Source: Camelus ferus
Lineage: Eukaryota
NCBI RefSeq assembly: GCF_009834535.1
Contig: NC_045728.1
Location: 7,502,001 to 7,566,000, forward strand
Length of the DNA: 64,000 nucleotides
Direction: 5' to 3'
Part shown: positions 1-11,440 of the stretch, in pieces
Numbering within the stretch: the stretch's first letter is position 1
Layout of the letters: each line of letters opens with the position of its first letter
The notes under the pieces: generated by a model
Told to the model about the DNA's origin: nothing
The model's input: only the letters and a program-made list of their open reading frames with translations
The model's database searches: none
Position numbers and translations under genes: made by a program

Positions 1-424
1 TTCTTTTGTGTTTTGGTCTTTATATTTCTAAATAACACGCAGTTGTTTCTTGATTTTTCAGTAGTATGCCTCATCAATTGACTTAACATTTGGGAAATTA
101 AATCTAGTCAATTTTCACCTGCCACCACCACAAACATACTCCCTAATGTGTTCATCTTCCCAGTAAAGTTAATTTTTAAAATTAGATTAATATTCAGTGT
201 TTACATGATTATAAGGATGTAAATGCTCTGCAAATCTAAGCAGTAAGCCATGCTGCTTACTTTTCCTTCACAACCCTGTTCTCTCTAGGGTAAATGATGG
301 TCTTAGTGGATTTAAGTTGCAAGGTACTCTGAGAACAGAAAGGAATAAGATGCAGATCCTGCCCCTCGGTTCTCTCATTCTAATCAAAGTAAGAAAAGAA
401 AGTAGTAATTGCATAGTTTATAAA

Positions 425-600
425 TAACTGGTGTTAGCCACAGTACTAAACTCTTTCATTAACTTATCCTTAATAATCTTCATGACTGAGACAAGTATTT
501 GTTTCACATTTGAAGAAACCAAAGCTGAGGTTGAAAAAATTTTGCCAAAGTCATAGCAACTATGGCAGAGCCAAGATTTAAACACAGATCTTTATTAACG
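425..600 (-). mobile_element. MIR SINE remnant
   Basis: Degenerate match to the reverse MIR core (...gctgaggttg...tttgccaaagtcatagc...ggcagagccaagatttaaac). Boundaries approximate. Confidence 0.5.
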
Positions 601-1047
601 TAAAGTTAATTTCTCTCACAATGTTATGCAGACAAAAGGGAGTAAGTACTGCCACAGAAGTTTGTACAACGCACAGTAGTGACACATATTAATTAAAAAC
701 TTTTTCATTGTAAAAAATAATTACTTTTCACTGTAAGTGAAATGAACTTGAGACAAACAAAAAAGTTCATTTAACTGGCAAGTCCAGGGCTGCATTTTGC
801 TTCAGATTTGACTGGATCCAAGGGGTCACGGAGGTGGTGTCTGTCTTTTTCTTTCATTTGCTTGTATATGCTTGGTTCTACATGGCTTTTTCTCCATGTG
901 TGGACCCAAAGACTCAACTCAGCTCTTCATGAATATGTACCTCCACCTTTATCACCAGATCACTCCTTTGCTTGATCTTATCTTAGCTGAAATTTCAAAA
1001 TGGGCCTTACTAAGAGCTGGGGTACAACTCAGGGGAAAATGCCTTAC

Positions 1048-1290
1048 AATGAGACCACAGGACTAGCTTGGGACTCCATGGCCCTTCTCCGTAGGGAGCT
1101 TAACATAGATAAGGCATGAAGAGAACCCCAGAGAGATGGTGAAGGGGGATCAAAAGGTGTTAAATTTTCAGCAAAGTGAGAGGGCATCCTATCAACTCTG
1201 GAGCGGATCATAAATTTCTTGGAAAGACTTCTTAAAGAAGATAACATTTTTAGAACACCAGCTAACATCACAGAGCTACAGCTGTATGTA
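1048..1290 (-). other. Candidate exon (243 nt, phase 2-2) of an unidentified minus-strand transcript
   Basis: Acceptor-like CTCCTCTCAG at 1291, donor ATT|GTAAGG at 1047. The frame of ORF 1044..1310 is open across the interval and stops at the TAA inside the donor. No protein recognised. Confidence 0.25.
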
Positions 1291-1554
1291 CTGAGAGGAG
1301 ATCTATACAAATGGGCAAGAGATTACATCAGAGAAATCTGTAGAATATTAAACAAATGAAAGCACCTAAAATATTCACTTCAAGGGAAACAAAAAAGAAA
1401 ATGAAAGCAATAATAGTACTTGATATATTATCTGTAAATGGTGTTTAAAACTGTTTGATAATGTGACTGCCAGTATTTACCTAAAAATGTAGTTATAACC
1501 GTATTGCAAGAGAGATGTGTGTGTCTGTGTGTCCATGTGTCCGTGTGTGTGATG

Positions 1555-1900
1555 AGAGGGAGGTGAAAAAGATTCCATAGGAACCACATTGGAAACTATT
1601 AGAGTAATCTAAATATGAGATGAGGAGAAGCTTATAAAATCAGTGTAACTGAGAGAGAAGGCCACACCAGGATTTCTAGCAGGTAGGTACTCTGGGACTT
1701 GGAGACTGGGTGAAGAAGTTAAGTGAGAAGTTGCTTACTTCTAGTTTGCTGCCTAGATGGCAGTGACAAGAGCTTAGACAACGATGACCAGAGGAGAATC
1801 AACGCTGAGAATCACAAGAAACTGTCAAATGCGGTTTGGGGCACTTTAACTGGAGGCACATACACAGACATAAGATAGAACTGTCCAGGAGGCAGGCAGG
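1555..1900 (-). mobile_element. L2 LINE remnant
   Basis: Purine-rich degenerate L2 antisense pattern (ggaaactattagagtaatctaaatatgagatga...gaactgtccaggaggcag). Confidence 0.5.
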
Positions 1901-1944
1901 GAACAGGTTCAAGCTACACGCATAGATGACTATGAATGAGGAGG

Positions 1945-2105
1945 AGAACAAACACTTACTGGACTCTTTCTATGTTCCAGGCAGTGTTCCATTACTTTAC
2001 ATTTATTCTCATTTTAGAGACAATAATTCTCATCTAACAGATGTGGATACCAAGGGTGGAAGAGGTTACAAAAACTGCCTAAAATCTCACAATTAGAAAG
2101 TGGAG
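1945..2105 (-). mobile_element. MIR SINE remnant
   Basis: cacttactgg...tatgttccaggcagtgtt...ctaacagatgtggataccaag...gaggtta...tgcctaaaatctcaca matches the reverse MIR consensus pattern. Confidence 0.6.
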
Positions 2106-2122
2106 AATCCCTCTGGGCTTAC

Positions 2123-2374
2123 ATTTCAGACAGTCTGACTTGATGGTCCACTTCCTTAAACTCTGCCACAACAAACCAGAACCTCAGGCTGGTAGAATCA
2201 CTGATGCTCTCAGCTCTCCTGACACTGGGAGAGTGACACAGCCACGACTGGGCTGCCTGCTGTGGGTGCTGCCTCCTGCTCAGACCTGGGTGAGCTGGGT
2301 GGCACCACAGCTGCTCGAGCTTTTGGCCTGCCCCACCCTTGCCGAACCTCTGTCTACCAAGCTGATATCCACAC
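2123..2374 (-). other. Candidate exon of an unidentified minus-strand transcript (alternative shorter form 2123-2188)
   Basis: Donor AAT|GTAAGC at 2122; possible acceptors CTTACAG| (2375) or TCTACCAG| (2189), both phase 2 in the frame of ORF 2119..2478. Pyrimidine tracts are weak. Confidence 0.2.
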
Positions 2375-3375
2375 CTGTAAGATGCCTTGTTCTGCCTGTC
2401 CTCCAACCTCAAACCAATTGTCTGAATTCCCAATCTTCTTTCTTTTAACTCTTTTCTATTTAAAGGCGCTAGAGTCATTTTTCCTCCAGTTTTATTAAGG
2501 TATAACAGACAGACAGCACTGAATTAGAGTCACTTCTTATTTGTCCACAAAAACCCTGACACAGTAAATTTCCCCCACGTACATAAGCCAAAGTAGAAAC
2601 TAAGTGACAAAACACATTATCTGTCAAATGGGTTAAATTCTAAGTTAGAAATACGAATAAACTTTGCAGTACAAGATTTCAGGGTGTTTTAATTCACAAT
2701 TCATCACCAAAATCTGTGTAATCTTTGTACCTCACTTCTCAAAAGGGAAGACTCTAGCTTCCTCTTTGGCAAACCAAGTCATTATTAGTTTTCCCAGTAA
2801 GTCCTGTTCCATGTGACATAAACTCACTTGATACAACTTTGGATTTTTCCACCAAAAATTGTCAGAAGTAAGTTGCAAACACAGTTTATATTTCTTGAAA
2901 AAGATGTCAAATCAAAAGGACCTTTTTCACTGGAACTTCCAGCTATGGTTGAGTAAGAAGGTCAGCAAATCTCCACGATAACATCTATAAACTTGGACAA
3001 AATTGGCAAAAACAATGAACTCAGCACATTGGAAATCAAGCAAAGCACGCAACAATCTGAGAAATGCTGATGCTTCAGAAAAGTGTTGAACTTTACGTAA
3101 GAACAATGGGAGTCTGTGATAGTTTGTATAGGGCTCTTCCCAATGCAAAATTTTTACTAGATATTTTAAGGTTAAAGATAAAAAGAACTGTATACAAATA
3201 CTGTACTCTAGTTGCTAAATTTGTTTCCCAAAGGAGTATGTGTTTGCAACTCTGAAACTCCATTATATGTGTACCGAGATCGTCGGGATGATAAATAAAT
3301 TGTAGATAATGGAAATGTTATACTCAATTGCCTTTTCCTGGCTGACTTGCTAATGATTCCCAATGATTCCCAATG

Positions 3376-4390
3376 ATGCCGCGGGGAGCGGCCTGCCCCA
3401 CCTGCGTGGCTCCTCCCACAGCCCGGCCGCCGCACGCGCGGGCCCAGGCGGGCCCCACCGCATCCTGCCCGGGGCTCACGGGCAGCCCAGCGGCCTCCCT
3501 GCCCTGGGCCTGAGCACAGGGACAGCCTCACTCTTACCTTCTCCGAGGAGTCTCTGAAGACTTAGTCGGCGAGGCGGAGGCCGGCGGCCCCAGCGAGGTC
3601 CTGCGCGCGGGCTCCCTGCACCTCGGCAGGTGCTGGGCCTGAAGGTGAGCGTCGCTGGGCCGGGGTGACAGCACGGAGGCTGCCACAGGACACGAATGGG
3701 GGCCCTCAGGCCAAACCTCGTTCGGCAGCAACTTCGACAGGGGTGACTCGGAAGCCACCCTGGGGCAGATCAGCCACCGTCAGAAGCACCGTGGAGCTCC
3801 TGCCTCGGGCCCAGCCCTGGCCCACAGTGGCCCCGAGCGAGGCCATCCACCAACTGACGGCAGCCTGGCCCCTGGCACGTCCCACAGGGACAAATGTTCA
3901 GCCATCTAACGCCGGGCCAGTCTGAGGACGCCAGGTGGGCTGAGCCGCACACCTGGCGCTGAGGACTTGATGGGCGGAGGCGCCGCGTGGAGCGCGGGGA
4001 GCATGCGCACGGGCCGCGCGCACGAGGCCGACGCGCAGGGTTTCGGCAGAAAGGAGGCGGGCGGCCGCGGCCCGGCCGGGAGGGCCTGGCGGAGGAGGAC
4101 AGCAGGGACAGCAGGGTGAGTACGTTCACGCCCAAGATTCTGAGTACGTTGCAAAGAAGTAGATCTGGTCACCAGCTTGGGCCAAGTTTGTCTCAGGCGG
4201 GGCCCTGGTGCCAGAGCAGCCCTGACCCGGCTGAGCTCAGCTCCGGCTCCGCTTGGTGGATGTCCCGCCCCCTCGCCCCGCCGCCCCCTCGCCCCGCCGC
4301 CCCCTCGCCCCGCCGCCCCCTCGCCCCGCCGCCCCCTCGCCCCGCCGCCGCCTCGCCCCGCCGCCGCCTCTCCTGTCTTGGCGCTTTGGG
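3376..4390. promoter_or_regulatory. CpG island, probable bidirectional promoter
   Basis: Very GC- and CpG-dense against an AT-rich background. GC box GGGCGG at 3972-3977, NRF1-like GCATGCGCA at 4001-4009, minus-strand donor AAG|GTAAGA at 3537, plus-strand donors AAG|GTGAGC at 3645 and AGG|GTGAGT at 4116. Confidence 0.8.
4265..4370. repeat. 16-bp GC-rich minisatellite (CCCCCTCGCCCCGCCG), about 6.5 copies
   Basis: The single T of each unit recurs at 4273, 4289, 4305, 4321, 4337, 4353 and 4369 (period 16). The last units carry a C>G variant. Confidence 0.95.
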
Positions 4391-7303
4391 CCCTCCCTTC
4401 CCCAACTCTCTTGTCACAGGTTAGTCTCTGGGCCCTCAGCCTTCCTCTTCTTGCGCATTTATGTCTCTGTCTCTGGGCTTTAGGTCCCTCTGGACCTTCA
4501 CTCACTTTAGGTCCCGTTTTTCGGGGAAGGGGGTACCTTTTTGTACTTAAGTACCCCATTCTCTTGGGTCCTGGTGTCTCGGGGCTTCCATATTCTCAGG
4601 GTTCCGCCTCTGCTAACGACTTCTGGGCTATGCAGCCTCTTCACTCTGCCGCCTCTTCGCTGTCTCTTGCCTCCCCATCTTCTCTGTCAGGGCCTCCCAC
4701 CTCCCCAGGCCCGTTCTCCCACCTGCATCTCAAGTGGCTGGGGACTCACTTCTTGTCCTGCTGGTATTCCCCTTTCCTCCTTGCCTTCAGGCACCTTTCT
4801 CGGTGGCCCATCCTTTTGTTATGACGAAGCAGAGCTGGTTGCAGGCAGTTTGTAGAGGTGAGGTGGAGAACCAAAGGATGCCTCTTGAGAGGTGTAATGG
4901 GGCAGGCCGCTCGCAAGGAGTCAGGGGGCGGAGGGTCCCTGAGCGGCTGCCTTGCCCAGGCCAACTGAAACAGACCTGGCCCGCTCCTCCAGCAAGGCTC
5001 TGGCCAGCACCTGGTTAGGAGTGAGAGCACTAGGCTTTGCTCTCACTCGATAGAGCAAGGCTTTGCTCACCATGATAAAACCTGGTCTGGGTGGATGATG
5101 CCCCAGCATCATGAAGAGTCCCTGGCATGCCCTATAGACACATTTTCACAGGTACCACCCTCAGCCATGCCTGGAAAGGGGCTGAGTGTGGGGCACTTCT
5201 GGAACAGGTGAAGGCAGAGGAGAGTGTATAGTGGCTCCTGGGCCCCAATCCACCGCTCACAGGGGTCCTCGTGCCCCATGAGGTGGGAGTGGTCCTTGCT
5301 CTGCAGGTGCCCAGCAGACTCCAACTCCACCCTTTCTCAGAGCCTTTCCTTTTCGTTACTTACCTGCAAAATCTGTCCTCTTACCTTTCTTGTGTCCTTT
5401 TCACCTCCAGAGAGTAATTTTGATTTGGAATGATACCTTTTGGTGCCAAATGCTTAGAAAACCCCTCAATGTAGTTGCTAGCACTGTGAAATGAGTCTTT
5501 CTACTATTTCAAATAGTTTTTTTTAAATATATAAAGTATAAGAAACACCAAGAGGAAAAGGATTTAAGAAATGAGGCCACTAAGCAAAGGCAGCAGTTCT
5601 GACTCCCAGCAGCTGGAGAAGGGAGAGAGGTGGGGCTTGGGGGCAACTTGTGCTCCTTGACAGCTCTCTGTCCACCAAAGCCATTGCCCAGGGAGTGGAG
5701 ACAGCAGGGACTTTTGTTCAGGTGGAAAAGGTCACTGGGGAGCTGGGTGAGCTGGAGTGTTTCTTGGCCTTAATGCGTTTCCTGCCATGTTTGTTTTCAC
5801 ATGGGGTGGTGTGTCACTGTTCTAAGCAGACTATTTGAGGTTTGTTGCTAAGGAAGAATCTTAACAGGTGGTGGAACATACTGCCCATGGAGAGGCCAAA
5901 GACTGGGAGCTCAGCCAAGGCCCTCGGAGCCTCCTGTCTGCATCCTCCCACATCTTGCTGAATAAGATATCTCCTGAAGTGTGACTCTACATATTTTGGT
6001 GTTAGCAATAAAACATAATGTACACCTACACACACAAATGGTGATGTGGTACATTTTCATGAAGAGGAGCAGTGGGACATACCCTGTGTTCCCCTTGTCT
6101 TTGACTAATTATAAGACCAAATCAAATTTTGACAAATTGTAAGACCAGGTCAAATTCTGGCCCAACTGTGCAGGCCTGGGAGAAATGACAAGCTTGAGCA
6201 TGAAACACCACCCTCGGGAAAGCAAAAAGGAAGCTATCAGCAACTGAGTTAATTTCACAGGATTGAAAGACCTTATACCTTAATCATACAAGCTTAAGAA
6301 TTCTGCTGTAAGTTGGAACAAGAAATGTGGAGCAGATGTCACCTAGAGAAGATCAGAAAGTGCCAGAATTACTAGCAGGACTGACAGAAGGTAATTCTCT
6401 CCTGAAGCCAGTCAGAAAGACTAGAGGCAATGACTACTTCTTCAGATACGAAGACAACAACAGAGTCTTCAAGGAATTTGAAAAATCAGTGTAATGTGAC
6501 ACCACCAAAGGAACACAATAATTTTCCAGAAACTGACCCCAAAGAAATGGAGGTCTGTGATTTGCCTGATAAGAATTTAAAATAGCTATTTTATGGGAGC
6601 TCAGCAAGCTACAAGAAAACACAGAAAGATGGTTCAAAGAAATCATGAAAACAAAACAGAAACAAAATGAGATGCTTAATAGAGAGAAATAAAAAAGAAC
6701 CAAATAGAAATTTGGAGCTAAAGAATACAATGAATGAAATGAAAAAAAAATGTGATAGAGACCATTGGCATCAGGTTAGATCAAGCAGAAGGATGAGTCT
6801 GTGAAGTAGAAGACTGGACATTTGAAATTATTCAGTTAGAAGAGAACCAGAAAAAAAATTTTTTAAAAAGCATGTATAAGCCTACTATGGGATATCATTA
6901 AGAGAAACATTGTAGGCATTATTTCCCAGCAGGAGAAAGATGGAGAAAGGGGCAGAAAGCTTATTTAGAAGAGTAATGGCTAAGAACATCCCAAATCTGG
7001 GGAGATTTTTGGAATCCAGCTTCATGAAGTTAAAAGGTTACCCAGTATCACAACTCAAAACAATCTTCTCCAAGACACACTGTAATTAAGCTGTCTAAAA
7101 TCAAAGAATTTAAGAGCAGCCAAAGGAAAAATAATCTTCAGTTGCAAGGGAACCCCCCACTAGACTATCAGCAGATTTCTCAGGAGAAACCTTGTAGCCC
7201 AGGAAGGGAGTGAAATAATATACTCCAAGTGCTGAAGGGAAAAACTGCCCTGCTAACCAAAAATACTTTTACCAGCAGAGTTGTCTTTCAGAAATGAAGG
7301 TGA

Positions 7304-7620
7304 TGAACATAAATACAAATCAGAAACACACTCATAGACATAGAATACAAACTTGTGGTTGCCAAGGGGGCGGGGGGTGGGAAGGGACACAACTGGGATT
7401 TCAAAATGTGGAATAGATAAACAAGATTATAATGTATAGCACAGGGAAATATATACAAGATCTTATGGTAGCTCACAGAGAAAAAAATGTGTTCATGTAT
7501 AAATGAAAAATAGTGCTCTTCACTGGAATTTGACAATGATTATATGATTATAACTCAATAAAATTATTATATGATTATATACTCAATAAATGATTATAAC
7601 TCAATAAAAAGTGTTAAAAA
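7304..7620 (+). mobile_element. Young 5'-truncated L1 3' end nested in the older L1
   Basis: 12-bp TSD AAATGAAGGTGA at 7292-7303 and 7621-7632; L1 3'UTR sequence and an A tail. Confidence 0.9.
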
Positions 7621-8559
7621 AAATGAAGGTGAGATAAAACTTTACCAAACAAACACAAGTTGAGGGAATTAATCAGCACTAGACCTGCTGTAAAAGAGAT
7701 GCTGAAAGGAGCTCTTCAAGCTGAAACAAAAGAATACTAATTAGTAACATGGAACATAAAATATACAATACACTGGTAAGTAAAAAAATCTAGTCAATTT
7801 CAGAATACAATACTATGTAAGATGGTGGTGTGTTAACCACTCAACTCAAGAAAAAGTTAAAGGACAAAACTATTAAAAATAACTATAGCTACAATAATTT
7901 GCTAATGGATACATAACATGCAATGAGGTAAATTGTGACATCAGAATGAGGGAGGAAAAGGGTAATATTTTTGTATGTGATCACAGTTAAGCTGTTATCA
8001 CCTTAAGATAGTGTTATACCTGCGAAATACTTTATGTAAGTCTCATGGTAATCACAAAGCAAAAGCCTACATTAGATACAAAAAGATAAAGAGAAGAGAA
8101 TAGGAACATAACATTAGAGAAATTCATCAAGTCACAAAAGAAGACACCAAGAGAGGAAAAAAAGAACAAGGGAATTATAAAACAGCCAGAGAGCAATTAA
8201 GATGGCATTAGTAAGTCGTTACCTATCAATCATCACTGTAAACGTAATTGGTTTAAATTCTTCAGTCAAAAGGCATAGAGTGGCTGAATGGATTAAAACA
8301 GAACGAAAAAGAGACCTAGTTGCCTGCTGCACGCAAGAGACTTACTTTAGCTTTAGCACATAGACTGAAAGTGGGGATGTGAAAAAGATATTCTATACAA
8401 GTGGAAACCAAAAAACAGTAACAGTAACTATACTTATATCAGACAAAATTAACTTTAACTCGACAGCTATAGCATGAAACAAAGACGGTAATGATATGAT
8501 GAAGAGGAAACATTACAGCTGATACCACAGTAGTACCAAAGATCGTAAGACTACTATGA

Positions 8560-8744
8560 NNNNNNNNNNNNNNNNNNNNNNNNNNNNNNNNNNNNNNNNN
8601 NNNNNNNNNNNNNNNNNNNNNNNNNNNNNNNNNNNNNNNNNNNNNNNNNNNNNNNNNNNNNNNNNNNNNNNNNNNNNNNNNNNNNNNNNNNNNNNNNNNN
8701 NNNNNNNNNNNNNNNNNNNNNNNNNNNNNNNNNNNNNNNNNNNN
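8560..8744. other. N run (185 nt)
   Basis: Direct count. Other N runs: 13815-13959 (145), 37835-38022 (188), 47372-47519 (148). All four are inside L1 sequence. Confidence 0.99.
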
Positions 8745-9649
8745 ACTTGTGAATTGTACCAAACATTTAAGCAAGAGTAAGACCAAAACTTCTAAAATGC
8801 TTCCAACAATTGAAGAAAGGGAACACCATCAAACTCAGTTACAACCAGAATTGCCTTCACAACAATGTCAGGTAAAGACGGTGAGAACTGAAAACTACAG
8901 GCCAGTATCTCTGATAAACATAGATGCAAAAATTCTCAACGGAAATCTCACAAACCAATCCAACAGCACATTAAAAGGATCATACACACAACACAAACAC
9001 ATGCTGCGTGCAGAATTACCTAATGCTGAATAACATCCGTAGTCCCATACCCTGTTAACCTTATACCAACGTCAAATTCCTGGTTTTGCTGCTGTTCTGC
9101 GGTTGTAGAACATGTCACCGTGGTAAGAGGCTGGGTGGATTTCAAGGGACTCTATCCCTAAGTTTTGAAATTTCCTGTGAATCTATAATAATTTGAAAAT
9201 TTTAAAAATTCGACTTCTCACAAGCGTGATTATAAGTTAATACATACATGGAAATTATAAAGTCATGTTTCTTTGTAATGGAAGCTGATTAACAGTGATT
9301 TTTCTTATAGATTTGATTTTAATCTATAAAAAGCAAATACATACAGCATCAGAACGGCCTAAGGTAATTCCATTTCCATGGAATTATTCTACCAGTAGAT
9401 GTTTTATTAGGCAATCATCTCTGAAATCAAATAAAAAGATCCTTTGATTTTTGTCTGTAAAATTTGTATAAAAACTGATTAAAGGGACTCAAATATTTTA
9501 AAGGGCCATAGTAAGTAAACTTTTCTGAAATGTTCATATATATTTATGAACTTAAATTCTTAAAAATAATGTTAACCTAGATTTATAATTAGTGAATTTT
9601 CAATGACATTAATTACTTGCATCTTTATGAGGGACAGGAGAGAATCCTT

Positions 9650-9810
9650 TCTTCTATGCTCTGGGGGATATATAATCTCTGATGGAAAATTAACATTTAC
9701 TGTCACAATTATAGTGTAAATGCGCACCCTCTGCTCTTCCCTGAAAAGCTTACCATGAGGGGAAGATCCTAGGGGGACAGCTACACCTGGATTTCTAATC
9801 AGGTCCAGAA
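9650..9810 (+). promoter_or_regulatory. Candidate OR promoter (O/E-like sites plus TAAT core); copy at about 38620-38785
   Basis: Imperfect O/E (EBF, TCCCNNGGGA)-like sites CTCTGGGGGA, ATGAGGGGA and CCTAGGGGGA, plus TAATCAGGTC at 9796-9805, about 1.7 kb upstream of the CDS. Short motifs can occur by chance. Confidence 0.3.
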
Positions 9811-10914
9811 GAATTATAAGCCTTTAGCAGATGCCATGTGCTGTGTGACACGGTGGCTCAGATACCAAGTCTGTGGTTTCCCTTCACAGTCTCTTAATAA
9901 GTTTATAACCACAAGATTACTCTGAACCATAGACTGACTGCTATGATTCAGACCGTGGTATCTGGGCTATGATTCTTTTACCAATAAAGGGAGAAGACTC
10001 TGTGACTACATCTGCTCAGCCTTGATATCTGCAAAGCCCGTTCTTCTTCCAGGACAGTGGAGGTGAAACACGCCTACAGGGCCAGGACTGAGTCTCCTCA
10101 GTGGAAACAGAGTGAGTTAGCCAAGTGTCTGTTTTTGTCTCTCTGTTGCTGAAAAATGAGGGAAAGGATTGATACTGAAAAACAAGAAACTCCGAAGTCG
10201 GGAGCTCTGACGCGACTGCCTGCATTGTTCTTAGCACACCCTCTGTGTTGGCTGCATCCTCATTCTGGTAGCAGGAGAACGGTAGCAGTTCCAAGTGACA
10301 AACCCAGAACATAGCAACGTCAGAAGAAGAAGAAATCAGTTTCTAAGAATTTCTTAGTTGAAATATACATATAGAAAACTTGACATACGTAATAAGTGTA
10401 CAGCTTGGCATATTTCCACAAACATAACAACTAACTAAATCAGCAGTTAAATTAATTACGCTTCTCTTCCATGCTGTCCTACAAAACCAAGGAAAGCACA
10501 CCCACCTTCCTTTATTCATTCTCTGTCCAGCTAGGATGGAAGGGAGGAGGAGAATGTGTGGAAACACTGGAATGTACGATTAAGTACAAAGCTTAGGGTC
10601 CAAGGGTTCACCTCAGTACCTGTTACTGATCATTGACTTCCTGGATTCTTGTAGTTAAGCATCTGAAAACCTTATAGACTGTGAGAGACTTCCTGGCAGC
10701 AAATATGTATTTGGGTCTCTGCCTCATAGAAATCCTCTCTTTTGTTGTAGGTCATCACAGGGGAACTGAGGTATCTAGTAGGGTGATGGATACCCTGTTT
10801 TTCAAGTATGTTAACCCATTACTGTATTTATTTGCTTTAGGCTGGTAAGGATATAGACTCAAAATGCTAAAAAGAATTTTAAAAATCTCCATTTTCTTGC
10901 TTCCCCTCTCCCAC

Positions 10915-11070
10915 ATTTTGATTCTGATGTCCCCTTTTGCATCTTCATGTTTATTCTCTTGCTGTTTATTGTAGTTACTGCATTTCCAATTGTGGTTTTC
11001 TCTGCTCTGTAGATTCCTGCTTTTTATTTAGAGAAGACCTTTCAGTATTTCTTTCAGGATAGGTTTAGGT
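10915..11070 (-). mobile_element. L1 inter-ORF fragment (also in copy B at about 39895-40050)
   Basis: ttttgattctgatgtc...tagagaagacctttcagtatttctttcaggataggtttag resembles antisense L1 ORF1-end/inter-ORF sequence. Confidence 0.5.
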
Positions 11071-11177
11071 TTATCTCGTAGGGTAATGGAAACATGACCA
11101 GGAACTAGGAAGTGAGGGATCAGATGAACAGGAGGGAGAGACAGGGATGCATCCCCACTCCTGAAGCTCACCATCAG

Positions 11178-11440
11178 GTAGGCTCGTTCCTCGTCGGCTC
11201 CGCCCCTCTGTCTTCTGGTAAAGATAGAGCAGTTCTTTGTAACACGCAGCTCACGCAACCAAAGGCGGTGATTTCAGTGCTGAGGGGTGTGTGTGGCAGT
11301 ACCTTCAGACCCTATGAAACAAAGGAGGACTTCTGTGATTTCTGCCAGTCTGAGTCTGTTTCTCATAACGCTCATATAAAAGACAGTTTGTCAGGACAGA
11401 GCTGTGTTCCTATTAATGGAGTTGTCTTCTGTTCTCACAG
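11178..11440 (+). other. Candidate last 5'UTR intron (263 nt) of the OR8B3-like gene A
   Basis: Donor CAG|GTAGGC at 11178 and acceptor TGTTCTCACAG| at 11440, 16 nt before the ATG. Confidence 0.5.

Larger units (their letters stand above)
6100..8995 (+). mobile_element. Old LINE-1: ORF1 region, inter-ORF and start of ORF2, internally deleted
   Basis: Degenerate ORF1 at about 6450-7750. ORF2 endonuclease start near 8200 reads MALVSRYLSIITVNVIGLNSSVKRHRVAEWIK; an RT-flank motif ENYRPVSLINIDAKILN appears at about 8890-8940. The 5' boundary is approximate. Confidence 0.85.

Noticed and set aside
3006-3019. 14-mer GCAAAAACAATGAA shared with 34858-34871 (and CTGTGTTGGCTGCA shared between about 10243 and 23549)
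   Set aside because: About a dozen chance 14-mer matches are expected in 64 kb, and the flanks do not align.
2930-3140. Possible ancient L1M 5'-end fragment
   Set aside because: The resemblance is too weak to support without a library search.
3351-3380. Three-copy 10-bp tandem (AATGATTCCC) at the CpG-island edge, and simple repeats at 29941, 43271, 45062 and 57101
   Set aside because: Ordinary slippage repeats with no further structure.
3363-4855. Many overlapping Pro/Arg/Gly-rich ORFs of up to 217 aa
   Set aside because: Expected from stop-poor GC-rich DNA and the 16-bp repeat; no recognisable domain, and mostly non-ATG starts.
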